Assembly: GCA_002633005.1 (NCBI GenBank)
Contig: NMRA01000126.1
Span: 667,883 to 731,882 of the forward strand
Source: Phoronis australis
Taxonomy: Eukaryota > Animalia > Phoronida
DNA length: 64,000 nt
Direction: 5' to 3'
Within the stretch, counting starts at the first letter, position 1. Every line of letters begins with the position of its first letter. The position numbers and the translations under genes were made by a program. Shown one piece after another: positions 1-12,300 of the stretch. Below the pieces are notes generated by a model. It saw only the letters and a list, made by a program, of their open reading frames with translations, was not told the origin of the DNA and searched no databases.

Positions 1-11
1 TTACGCTACAG

Positions 12-196
12 GTACCCCCTATCCCCAGGCTGGACCTCTACCCTCTAAGACACAAGCTTCAGACACTTTGCCAGACTTTCCTGAACTTCCAAGCGTGCCA
101 GACAGTGCGACCCCTAGTGGCAAGTCAGCTGGTGGAGAAGATGTTGATTTTGATGATTTGACGAAAAGATTTGAGGAATTAAAAAAGAAAAAGTAA
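12..196 (+). CDS. IST1: IST1 (ESCRT-III-associated factor), terminal coding exon
   Basis: tacAG acceptor at 10-11; reads ..PDFPELPSVPDSATPSGKSAGGEDVDFDDLTKRFEELKKKK* (TAA 194-196), matching the IST1 C-terminal MIM2 (LPELPSVP) and MIM1 (DFDDLxRRFEELKKK) motifs. Confidence 0.93.
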
Positions 197-1351
197 ATTG
201 CGTTCATGTTTTTACAAAATTGTTGCAAAGAAGCGAAAAGTGATGGTTCTACAACACAATTTTTAGAGACCAATGATGAGCTTTTTGAAGTAATGTTGAG
301 CAGTCAAATGATGGGGTCCCTCTTGCTTACAGAGTGAATGTTTATCTATTATTCATATGTTTTAAGTGTATCTCTTTCACTTAAAAATTACTCGTTATTC
401 ATTAATCCATAAGTATGGCACCTATGCCAACCTCGGGGATTTTTAAGTACCTTCCTTGTAGAAAGTTTAATTCCTTATATCAGCTAAAGGGCACTTGTTG
501 TCAATCCTAGTCTCTCATAGCCTACAGTTGGCATTAGTGACCTTGCACTTGGCTTAGTCATGTTGCTGTTTGGCTGTCTATATTCATGCCAACTTACCAG
601 AACATGTAAATATTTACATTTGCATATTTGCGTGGGTGAATATTTTTACTTGGTTCCCTGTTATCATCTGACACTCTGCTCTGGAGTCAACGTGGGTGAT
701 ATTTATTGACGAATGATTGTTAGTCCTGTATGAAACATTACGCCAAAACTGTGAAGCCAGCTTCCTCGGTTTCACTACAAAAATGTTCCACTCACACCAA
801 AGCGAGAACTTTAACCTGGTTCAAAGGTCAGGTTATTGGTTTTACAGTTCATTAGAAAATGCATTTTGGGATTATTTTTGGATGGAATAGTGTTCTTAAA
901 GTTATTAGCTTGACCAAAACCTAAAACAACAAAAACCTTTTGTTTTTTTTGATTTTATTTCAAACAGCAATTCTCGCTGTTGTATGCCAGACTTTCGCTG
1001 AAATTTAGGCTTGTGACTTTACCAGTTAGACATGCATAAAAACTTTGTCATTAATAGAGGGAGATTAATTTCACCCAGCAGAGTGTTAGACTGCGACTGC
1101 GGACATTCGCTTATAATTTGACGCTGAGGCTGATCTCATAAAATCCCTTTTCTCACAGTGCCCCTTTCAAGGTTCTAACTTTTGGTGTCATTATTTTAAA
1201 AGCAGTTGTGAAAGTTTTAAATGTAGCGCAGTTGTGTATGAAAGGAATTCATTGGAAATGACCTCCAGTGGCTTAAACTGGGTACATGGGTTTTAACAGT
1301 TACACCTCTAAGTGTAAACGGATTCACCTAAGTAGTAATTAAGTGGCTCCC

Positions 1352-1481
1352 GTTCAGTAGGACCTCGCTAAAAAGCAAGACTGTGAGATTACGCGAGATA
1401 TTGCTGTGTATTTTAAATGAGAACTTGTGATTTTGGCTAGATTTTTACTACGTCCTAGCGTAGGTCCTAGCGTTACTGAAC
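1352..1481. mobile_element. ~130-bp MITE downstream of the IST1 stop; inverted relative at 32443-32580
   Basis: GTTCAGTA..TACTGAAC inverted ends; interior is the reverse complement of 32443-32580. Confidence 0.6.
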
Positions 1482-3440
1482 ACACGCCTGCTGTTATTTG
1501 AACAGGAAATTGGTTTATGTATTTCACTGTCTAGTGCTTGTTGGTCTTTGAGCATGTTATTTAACACTTGATACACGTTATGTTCTTGTTAATCATTTAT
1601 TTAGAGCTTTGAGTTTTGTATAAAGCAAAAGTGTTCATTTTTATGCAAGGTACCCAAAATAGTTAAAAATAACTATTTCAGGAGATATGCACTATTTAAG
1701 CTCTGTTTCATGAAAAGTAACTTTAAGTCAGAAATTTGATCTTGCGCTCTCACATCACAGCCCATAAATAATTCATACAAATTATATTGTCTAGCAGTTA
1801 TGGGTATATTCTCAGACTTAATACTTTTGCTAAAATGGGATTCAGTCATATTTCAGAAGTAGTTGTGTGGAGAGTAAAACCAAATTTCTGGCTAGTCTCA
1901 AATCACTTTTGATGAAACTGGCCGCTGGGCAGCAAGTTGATCAGACTACTGCTTTTCTGTACAACATAATTATAAATGTAACTTGAGTAGTGTAAACAAA
2001 ACATTAATCGTAATAATGAAACACAAGTTGCATCATGAGAATGATTTGGATTGCATTTCTCGTTTTCTAGAACGCACATTGAGTATTTGCAGGTGGCTTC
2101 TGGTGTTCTAACTTGAGCATTTATGCCGTCTTCAGTTTAGTGGAATTTGAGCAGGGGGATAAATAAGCTTTGTATAATGTGATCTTTAAGAGTTTGATTA
2201 TGTTTTTGAAATTGGTATGGGCAATATGATTTCATCGGAAATACCAACCATAGTTTAGCCACATCAAAAGCTGTGGGAAACTTTGAAGGAAACTAGGCAA
2301 AAACTGTCGTCAGTAATCACTTGAAAATGCGGTAAGACTTTTTGCTGCAAGGTTTTGCAGATTTTTAATTAAATTTCATGATTTTTGAAAACCGTTTTCA
2401 GCTTCTTGTTTAGGAAATTTAGACGTATGCAGTAAAGATATTCTCACCATTGGATTACGATCATCATAAAAGGAGACAGCTGAATGGTGAATAGAGATGG
2501 GGTCTGGAACTTCTGAGATGTCAGAATTTGCCTGCCAATATCTTTGCACATTACTGTTTTCTGATAAATCTTTAACAGTATTGTGATCTGGTTATCAAAA
2601 TCTCCAATTTAGTGCAATGTTATATTTAGGTGTAAGTTGCAAACTTGAGTCAATTTCTACCAAGAACCTGAATTTTTGTTCTTACAGAGTTTATGCGGCG
2701 TGCGATACAGTAAATTGGCAAATAAGTGGTCTAAAATTTGAATTAAACTATTTAATTTTTATTTTTTATACTAAATACATCGAAATGAATCGGGATCTTT
2801 GACAAAAATCCCGAACTTGTTTGTCCTTGCACCGTCTACCAATAATCGTGAATTGTGTTTTTCAAGATATTTTTCTCCTAAGAGAATGAAGACACTTTGC
2901 ATCTAAACGTAACATATCATTTATAGCTGTTGTATTTGTGTTTGTACTCGTACCAAGTATTTTGACTGCAATGTTCACCCTGTGGTAACCTTTTTGACAG
3001 TTTTTGACTCTGACCCTGTTGTCTGAAATTGGCCCTAGCATGTATCAAAGGTGAAAAATGCTTCATAGGTAATAATTTGATCAAAATGAAATTCATCCAG
3101 TTATCTCCCCAACATATCCTTGTATATCCAGTAAATGAAAGTACCCCGGTACCCCAAACGTGACTGAGACAACCCTGGCAAGTCTTTGATGTGTTCAGTA
3201 ATAACTTGTCCCATTTATTCCTAGCTATTCAGTAGTGCCATGTACAGAGATCACAAGGCTGCAGCATTTTATGCGGTGTTTGGTAATGTGAAACTGGAAT
3301 TTTTGTGTAATGTGTAGAAAATAATTACCAATACAACTAATAACTGTTGTGGATACAATTCATTGCTGTATTACCTAATTATACCAACTTTTCGAAGTGC
3401 GTTTTACTTTCAAGCACTTGTAAATATTTTTCAATATAAG

Positions 3441-4490
3441 ACAAGAGCAACGCAGAGCGTTGAAATGTGCCCACAATTGCACCGCATACGGTATCCTTCT
3501 AGGGTTGTTTATTGGTACCATAAAGTGGCCAGTAGAGGGCATATATGTAGTATGTTGTACTTTGCAAAATGGAAAGGCATGGTCCTTGTCTCCTCAATAG
3601 GCTAGGGGCAAAATGTTAGTGATCTTCCTAATACAAGCACATCCTATACATCAGTTGCTTAAAGCACCACAGAAACATAGAATTAAAAACAAATTTACCA
3701 ACATACGAGATTAGCACAGCATTAGAATGCCAGAAACAAATTTCTACTTGGAACTTTTCCTTCATAGTCACGAAGTAACACAAAGTATACACCTGAAGAC
3801 CTATGAAAATACAGAGGTCAATGTAAAATACTAAAATTGCCACTAGAGGCATACCGGTAGTCAGAATCATCCTAAAGTCGTCATCGTCCGTTGTCAACAT
3901 CACATAAATACACTTGCTAAATTAAGTAAAGATCCTGCAAACGGTTTGGGAGATACAGCCATGGGCGCAAAAAAACTGCCACTAGGAGGCGCCACAGTAA
4001 TCAAAGTCAAGGGAAATTCAGCGTCAACCGTCCTCTTCATAGTAAGAACATACATGCCAATTTTCACAATCATCCTTTGAGCGGTTTGGTTGATAGATGG
4101 ATGGACGCACAAAAACAGACTCGAAAACACTAAAAATGGCCACTAGGTGGCGCAAACTATGTTGAATCCATCTGAAAACGGCAGGATAGCGTCATCTCAC
4201 TAATAGGTGCCTACATACCAAATTTCATGAAAATCTGTTCAGGACATTTGAAGATACAAAGGTAAGCGTAAAAAACTAAAATTGCCACTAGGGGGCACGC
4301 CGGTAGTCGGATCCATCCGAAAGTTCGCATATGCCGTCCCATTCATGAATGGAACATATGTGCCAAATTTCATGAACGTATGTCAAAGGGTTTTGGAGAT
4401 AAAGCAGCGGACGCCGGACGGACGCCGCCCGGACGGACAGAGATGACGGCATAATGCGTCCACATATAAATATGTGGGCGCATACAAAAA
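3441..4490 (-). mobile_element. Helentron-associated non-autonomous element (HINE/DINE-1-like), young copy A
   Basis: ACAAG end, hairpin CAACGC-AGA-GCGTTG (3448-3462), subTIR ATGTGCCCAC (3465-3474) vs GTGGGCGCAT (4474-4483); terminal inverted pair 4454-4483; GGAC microsatellite; central ~150-bp repeats; near-identical to 59416-60923. Confidence 0.8.
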
Positions 4491-5346
4491 CGATGCTATT
4501 GAAACAAGCACAGATCAAGTAAATTTAGAATCTTTATTCCCCCTTCATCAAATGACCAATATTGTTCAATATCATTTTTCCAACTCTAGCTGGTTAATGA
4601 ACTTTCGGCAAAAATATACATCAAATAATTTTACAAGACTCGCTCAACATGAATTGTGATGTTAAAAGGAGAAGTTTACTTTGTTAAATGTCTCCACAAA
4701 AACAGCGTTATGGAAAATTATGCTTTTTTGTTGGTATAGTTCACACGTTTAAAAAATCTGTCATCTAACCGCATGAAGTTCTATAAAGAACAGTGCAGTC
4801 AACCATTAAAATTGAAGAATGTCCCTAATGACGATTGGTTTTGTGCCAAATTGACACAATTTCTACCTGACAGTAGTTGCGAATTCAAGTTCTGGAAATA
4901 AAAATAATTCAGGTAAACCAGCAGAAAGCAGAAGCCGTGTTCAACATTCAACCACTTAGTACACAACTAGTTTCAATATGAGATGATGACCAAAGTGTTG
5001 TGACACACCCATTCTGCTTGCGGTCTATGCATGTTTCAACTTTAAAAGCAGCGTCGTCACCAAGCCTCTCGCTGAAGACAATGCACACATTTAAAGATTA
5101 TTTTATAGATTTTAAAAAGATTTTATTTCAGTTTTTGTCATCGGTAACTGTCGTGCATACATCGTAGGTCAACAAAGTCATACCAGATAAATACTGACAC
5201 ACCACCTGATGGTCATAGCCTGAATACAAGGGGAGGTTATCAAAGTGTTCAACTCAGACCCTCGCACTGTGCGACACAATAAAGTTAATGAAATGTAAAC
5301 ATTTAATCAATGAAAATGTATCTAACATCCACAAGTTTGTGTCATA

Positions 5347-5352
5347 TTTATT
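5347..5352 (-). terminator. Candidate SEC63 polyadenylation signal (AATAAA)
   Basis: TTTATT on the + strand ~900 nt past the stop; a second candidate at 5122-5127. Confidence 0.45.
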
Positions 5353-6253
5353 CAAGGTTACCTTATTACACAAAAATATATTACAAATAAAAACATTAAG
5401 CGTACTTCGCTATGAGAGGTCTGGTTAATGAAATTGTGTGAATGAATGTGTCTTCTGTTCATAGGTCTCATAGGAACACTCACATGGCTGTTGGGAAATT
5501 CAAAATGAATCTTGAAACCAACGTTTCCATAAGATTTGGACGAGCACTAAGGGCCAGGTTTCAGCTCCCGTGAAACAAGGGATTGTTAGGCTGGTTCCAC
5601 AGCTCAATTGTCTAAAACGTGAGTGTATGTGGACATGGAGGTTACCATCACATCAGGGCTGCACAGCAATACTGAAGTATCGGTACATATCCAAAATAAT
5701 TAAAATATACCGGTGAGATACAGATAGCATAAGTCTCGTCTGTCTTAGGGCTATCTGACTTCATGAAATATATTCATTAATAACTTACATTTCCATCAGT
5801 TTAAAGTGGTTTCGTAAAAGGCACACCGTCTGTTTTGAGAACACAAGTTTGTTACGTAGTACATCTGCGAAAAGTACCCCAGGTTTGTTAATTAGATCTT
5901 GTCTTGTAACTTTTTCTCAATTAGGTCCTGAGTTGGGCATGACGCAGTAGTGTGATTAACCCAGTAGCATGCCGATTTTTGGAATTAAAGTAAAACACAT
6001 AAGTCGGATATGTTGAATTTTCAGTAAATCAGACAAAGTTGCTTGGTGTGAGTGTTCAGCAATTCAGCTAAGTTTTCACATTACTCGCATAAAACCTCTC
6101 TGTCCAGTTGGATCTGACTTGAGCGACTTTTACTGTATAAATGAAATGAAAAAATGCCAAAATTGGATAGTATCGATAATTCTTAAGAGTGTGCAGCCCT
6201 ACGTCAGATACACCTGACACTTGGTCACTCCGTTGAACATAGTAAAATCCCAA

Positions 6254-6385
6254 CTAATCGTCTTCTGAGTCATCGGTGTAATCTGAGTCAGAGTCGTCTT
6301 GATCAAGGTCATGGTCATCCTCCTCATCAGACAGCTGTTCCCACTGTGGGTGACTCTCCACCTTTTTGGCTTCTTTCACTTCAAA
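6254..6385 (-). CDS. SEC63: SEC63 exon 17 (terminal, acidic tail)
   Basis: [43 protein letters not shown] (TAG 6256-6254). Confidence 0.93.
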   Translation of the reverse strand, partial: FEVKEAKKVESHPQWEQLSDEEDDHDLDQDDSDSDYTDDSEDD

Positions 6386-9300
6386 CTACAATAGAGCAAG
6401 TGGATTCCTTAAGGGCGATACAGCTGAATGATATATACTTCTTTAAAGCCAGACTGCATACCCTTGAGGACTAAAAATCTGCAACTTCAAACTTGCATAA
6501 AACAAGTTTCGAGATGGATTAACACAACAATTGTCTATTGAAGCCATTCTGGACATTGTGTGACTGTGAAAAAATAGAACCACTAACATTCCTCGTATTT
6601 AGAACAGAATTATTTCTTGTGCCAAAATCAAATTAAAACACCCCATTGAAATATACCCATATGCGCCACAAGGTGTCCAGCGATACAATTGTCAAGCACT
6701 TTTTCAACACTTTCCAACATCAACTGTTAAAAGAACTACTTTTAAAGGAGTGATATACCTGTAACTTCATTGAAAAACAACTTCTGACTTAGCCTATCAG
6801 TCTCATCTTGTTCCTTACTCAGATTATATGCAGTGCATTAACACTGAGGATACTCACAAGTGTGGTGCCAGTGATTAACATTAAATGAACCTGGTCTCAT
6901 AGCACAATCCTGAACGTTGCACACAGTTTCGAGAGACTGGTTGGCATAATAATCTTAAAATTATTTGATAACAGCAAGAACCACTTAAGCGCTCACCTTA
7001 ATGTTCTGGGACAGATCCATGTCCAGGTAGGAGTCTGAGCGTAAAAACACAGTGTATGTATACGTCCCGGGTTTGGCTGGAGCGGTGAACTTGAGGTCAA
7101 CCTACAAAACACCACGTATAACAGAGTATAGCTGCTCTATAGAAACTCGGGCACAACCAGGAGGGGAGGGGGGGAGGGGGGCGCCATAGTAGTCAGACTC
7201 ATCTGACAATCTAATAACGCCAGGTTTTCTTCAACACGAACACATCTGCCAAAATTCATGATGATCATTCAAGTGGTATGGCAAAGTGATGTGAACGGCT
7301 GAAATGGAGAATTACAATAAAAAGGCCATTAGGGGATGCACAATATGTTGAATGCGTCTGACACTGAAAAGGAGACGATGTCTCATTTATTACAAAAGTA
7401 TTTGCTAAATTCCAAAATCCAGCAAGGAACTTGGTAGATACAGAGGCAAAACAATGTAAAATAATAAAACTGTCACTAGGAGGCATAGCGGCAATCATAT
7501 CCGTCCAAAAGTCGACATCATCCGTTGTCACATTTGTCAATTTTTCTGAAGATCCTGCAAGGGTTTAGGAGACATCTGCAAACGCCAGACAGATGCTGGA
7601 CAGGGATGACGGCTATATGCACCCAAATTGCGTCTATATAGGTGCATAAAAATAACTGCAGTAATGCACTTAATGGATATATACCACCTTCTGGTGAGTA
7701 CAGATAAAACATTGAGTGTTCAGATAAGACATCAGTACACCACAGCAGTAGGTTAAAAGAGGTCAGGTTGACATTCAATGAATAGAGAGCCTTGCCAACA
7801 AGTCCTCTTTACTACAGCAGTTTAGCAAGCAACAAAAGATGCCTATGAGATCCATCCTGGCCATAGCATAATCTTGGAAAACCAGACACGTGAACACAAT
7901 TATTATTTCATGACTTGAACAATACCTTCAGATAAAATACTGGTTAACGGTACTCACCACTTGCATGTACATCCTACTATAATTGCGCACACTGTCGCTT
8001 AAACAAATACAGTGAAAAGGGAGAGTTAAAGCTGGCAGAGCACTAAGAGAAGTAGCTCACCTGCACCTCTGTCTTGAGTGTGCACACCTGAACAGGTGCA
8101 CTAATCAACATGTGCTGCCTACGGTCAGCCACGTAAAGCCACCACCACTCTTGTTTTACCTACAAAAGTCACACCAGTCCTGTACCAGTCCTGTACAATC
8201 ATGTCCCACATTTAAGGTAAGGAAGTACATTGTCAGTCGAATGGGAACTAAAAATGTCAGAAGTATTCTTAAAAGCTCTTATAAGTCTGTCTTTTGCCAA
8301 AAAGTTAACTTTTAATTTAGACTACTTTCAATAATAAAGTTGGTCTCAGATTAGAAAGGAATTTTGAGTCACAATTCCATGTTTCATGAAAAGTGACGTA
8401 AGATCGAAATTCAGGCAAACACAAAGTAGGTTTTCGGTCTTAACAATTTTGTGCAGCCAGCAAGTTTTGAAGAACTAGAAAATTCACAGTTTAGATAATT
8501 TCAAATAATGGTAAGATGTCTAAATCAAAAAATCCATTTCTTTGACAGAAGGCACGGTTTTATCGTTTCACCACGTACGTCAACACTGGTGTGCATTAAC
8601 TTATATGGGCCACTAACTAATGCGTGTAATGCAGTTCTTTTCCCTCAGTTTGATCGCTAGAGCATGCAGCTAATGGCTTTTTGAGAACCCATCAAGGTTA
8701 TTTTCTGTTCAGTGGCAAGAGACCTCTTTTACTATTGTAGGTCATCACTAAGACAATGTTTACCAAGACAACGAGCAAGATGGACAGACTAATTCACACA
8801 CTTCTCTAACCTAAAATTGAGTTAACATTTTTTCATTACCTAACTCCTACCAATAATATTTCTTAGTTTGACGTTTTAGTTACAAAATCGAGCACCCTGT
8901 GAAAACTATGGTGTGTCTCGAATGCAACATTAGTCTTGATAGACTTCACCTAATTACCCGTCTTTACGTTTCTGGGTCAACGTGATGCACCATATGCAAA
9001 GTTAAGCAACGTTAAGAGTGTATGCTAAGTGATCTCTTGTAGCTTTAACTGATTCACATGGACCACATAACAAAAGGTGACCTATTGACAGCCAAAGTTT
9101 CAAGACGACCAGTATAATGCAGTATGAGTTTCAACACTACAAGGATTTTATGTGAATGTAAAAAAAGCTTACTAAGTCTGACTCGGTGGCATTATGAAAA
9201 CTTAAATCTTTTGTTAGTTTCCTGATCCGCATGAATAATTTCCGTCTTACATTTTGGTAAAGGCACCAATGACTGGACAGTGTAAACATCATGGCAACAG

Positions 9301-12300
9301 ATCATCTACTTTGCTTGAATCTACTGCGACTGGCAGATAATTTGCCATGCTACCCAATGAAGCTACCTACAGGAGGTTTCTAAACTCCAAAATGAGAATT
9401 TCATGGCATATGACACCATGTCACTTACATCAGGAAAGTAGGGACAGTGCACTTGGTGTGTTTCCTTTGACTTGGCGTCCAGAATGTCTTTCTTCGTGTC
9501 CCTTTGTAGTTTCTTCCACTCATCTTCATCGTCATCATGAAGATCATCGTTCACCTCGCCCTCAGACGCAGAGTCGTCATTCTCAGACTCATCGTCAACA
9601 TCAACGTCATTGTCGTCATCATCATCATCAGCATCGTCATCGCTCACTTTATCTTTTTTTACTTTCTTCTTCAAATCACCACTAGCCTGCAGAGAAAGAA
9701 AAAATACACATAGCTCATATACAAATTCCGTGTCATGAACTGACAAATGTCTCCTTAATACACTTGCCAGCCATTTTAGAATATAAGCAAACCTGAGTTA
9801 CATAATTTATGTGCACTGGAGAAAATGCAGTTGAAAATATTATTTCCGCTTGCACATAAAATAAACACCAAAGCTAAATAAATCTTTAATTGCTTATGGC
9901 TACCATCCAACATGCAGTCTACAGAAAGTGGAGGATAAATGGATGAAAAACAGCAAGATGAACTTTCTTAAGTTCTTTGTCCATGAATTCTACTTGATAA
10001 AATATTTTTTTTAACACAGCAATGCAAATGCTTTAATTTTTCTACTACCATGATGTTCAATTAAATGCTCTTTAGCACATCCAATTATGTTAATGCCAAT
10101 GCTTTGCAGAAATCGAGAGTTTCATCTGAAAATTCTGATTTCTTCAGACCTGTATCCCAACACACAAGTTACAGCACAGACTAAACATCAGATTTACAAA
10201 GCTTTCAGTAAACAAGAGTAACGCAAAAGCTTTGATACGCACCCACAGTAGCAAACATTTCCACCTGAGTGGGCCACATTAGTGAACTTAAAATTGAATC
10301 AACTTCAAACCTGGCAAATACTGAGGCTAACGAAAAAATAAAACTTTTACTACGCACATAGCAGTAGTCAAAACTGTCAAAAGTCAATCTCATCCAAACG
10401 TAGAACCAAAAAATTAAAACTGTCACTGGGGGGCATAGTACAAGACGGGGTTTAAAAGTAGGTCAACAGTTCATTGTTATACGCACCACGTGCCAGGAAA
10501 CTGATATAAAACCAAACGAGAAACGAAGAGCTAAAATTGAGCAGGGAAACAGGGAAATGCCAAATTACCAATCAAATTAATGAATTTCGGAGAGGATCTA
10601 TCACTTTTAACAACTTGCTGCATTATTTATGAAGTCACAGGGCGTGCGGCGACTGGGACTTTGTGCATTCATTCTCAACAAGCAGAAGCACACTTCTCTC
10701 TGGATCCAAACTATGCTCAGCCTCCTTTTTCCCCCGACACCTTTCTATCCTATGTACCCATCGTTGGCTCAATATTATGGCGACTCGGTGAATGAAAGGA
10801 CCGTACATAAGGAACTGCTCTGTGCCTGGCGGGATATTCGACTTGAGTGACAGCTCTATAACATCTGACCTCCCATAAGTATAGTAAACAAATTTCTGCG
10901 CGGTTATGCAGATCCAAGGAGGTTCTGCTAAAATCTTTTTTTTTCTGGCTACATAATATAAATTTCGTTTTTGAAGTTCCCCAAGAATGGAGATGAGGTA
11001 TTTTGCTAGACATATGTAAAATATTGTAAAAACGGCCAATTTTTATGAATAAGGTCCATAAATATCCTTAAACTTTTTAGATGTCACACAGCCAGTAACC
11101 TCTGTTGTGAGCCCAGCTATATACTCACAACACTGTCTGCTTCACTGGGCTCTACTTTAGTACCCTGAACTGGTTTTCTCTGTACCACTTGTGACTTTGC
11201 TGCCGTCTTTTTCTTCTGTTTACCACTTTTTCCTTTCTTCTTTTTGTTCTTCTCCCAAACCTTTGGCTTCTTTTTATCCTCAACAGCCTACAAATAAAAC
11301 ACAAATAAGTGCAATATACCTATAGTCAGAACAATTGCCAAAATCTGTAACAGCATAACCAACCAACCAAATGAAATCACCCATGAGACAAGGCAAACTG
11401 TAGTAATCTCCAAGTACAGACACACACACACACACGCGCGCGCGCACGCGCACACACACACAGAGAGACACACACAGAGACACACACAAACACACACACA
11501 CAGAGACACACACAGAGACACACACAAACACACACACACACACACATGTCCCATGTGAAATATTTCTTGGGGTCAGAGGTTACGGTGGTGAGCTGTAAGT
11601 CATTCATGGAGTGTTGCAACAAAAAGATAGACATCCTATGCTGTGCGATGATTGGTTGGGGGTGTATGATAAATTTTCTGAAACAACTCGAATCAACACA
11701 ATAACTAACAGGAGCAATACAGAGTAATGACATGCTTCTCTTTAAGCAGACACAAACAGCAAGGGAACACATTATTTCAATCAATCTCACTAAAAGCAGG
11801 ACTAGTTTATGTGAAATTGCTCATCAGGGAGGCACAGGCGTCATTTTGAAAACTGGCACGTGCCAGCCTCTCCTTATTATCAATACCATTGAATCAGATG
11901 AATTTTACAACACAGAATCAATCTGTTTAGCAAATACGGTGGATATCCAAATACGGTGGATATCCAAAAATGAAAGTGATGTAAGAAGCGATACTGATAC
12001 TTGGAGGAATTGAAAATGATGTTAATAATGACAGTGATAAAGACAGTGTTGGATGACCTACTTGAAGATGATAACGATGAAAATCAGACATCATCATCAT
12101 CCTTGTAGTCGTCATCAAACATTATTGAAAATTGACTAAGAGACACACAGCTTATACCAAAAGAGTGCAGTCAACAAAAGAACAGTTGTCACAAAATCTT
12201 GAACAACTCAAGAGTAAGCTTCAGTTAGAAATGATCACTTCTTGTAGCTATTGACAAATCTATTCACATAACATTAGGCATCAAAAGGACATCCGAGCCA

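Noticed and set aside
3363-4659. Short ORFs recurring at 3.4-4.5 kb and 59.4-61 kb as a duplicated gene
   Set aside because: They are incidental reading frames of the non-coding HINE repeat.
9347-9685. His-rich plus-strand ORF (also antisense ORFs 54358-55416, 27407-27721, 20387-21724)
   Set aside because: Antisense shadows of real exons.
11280-11790. Cys/Val-rich ORFs (also 15209-15454)
   Set aside because: Translations of (CA)n microsatellites.
11570-12120. Acidic, coding-like plus-strand stretch with a 16-bp duplication
   Set aside because: Multiple stops and no recognisable motif; at most an unclassifiable TE remnant.
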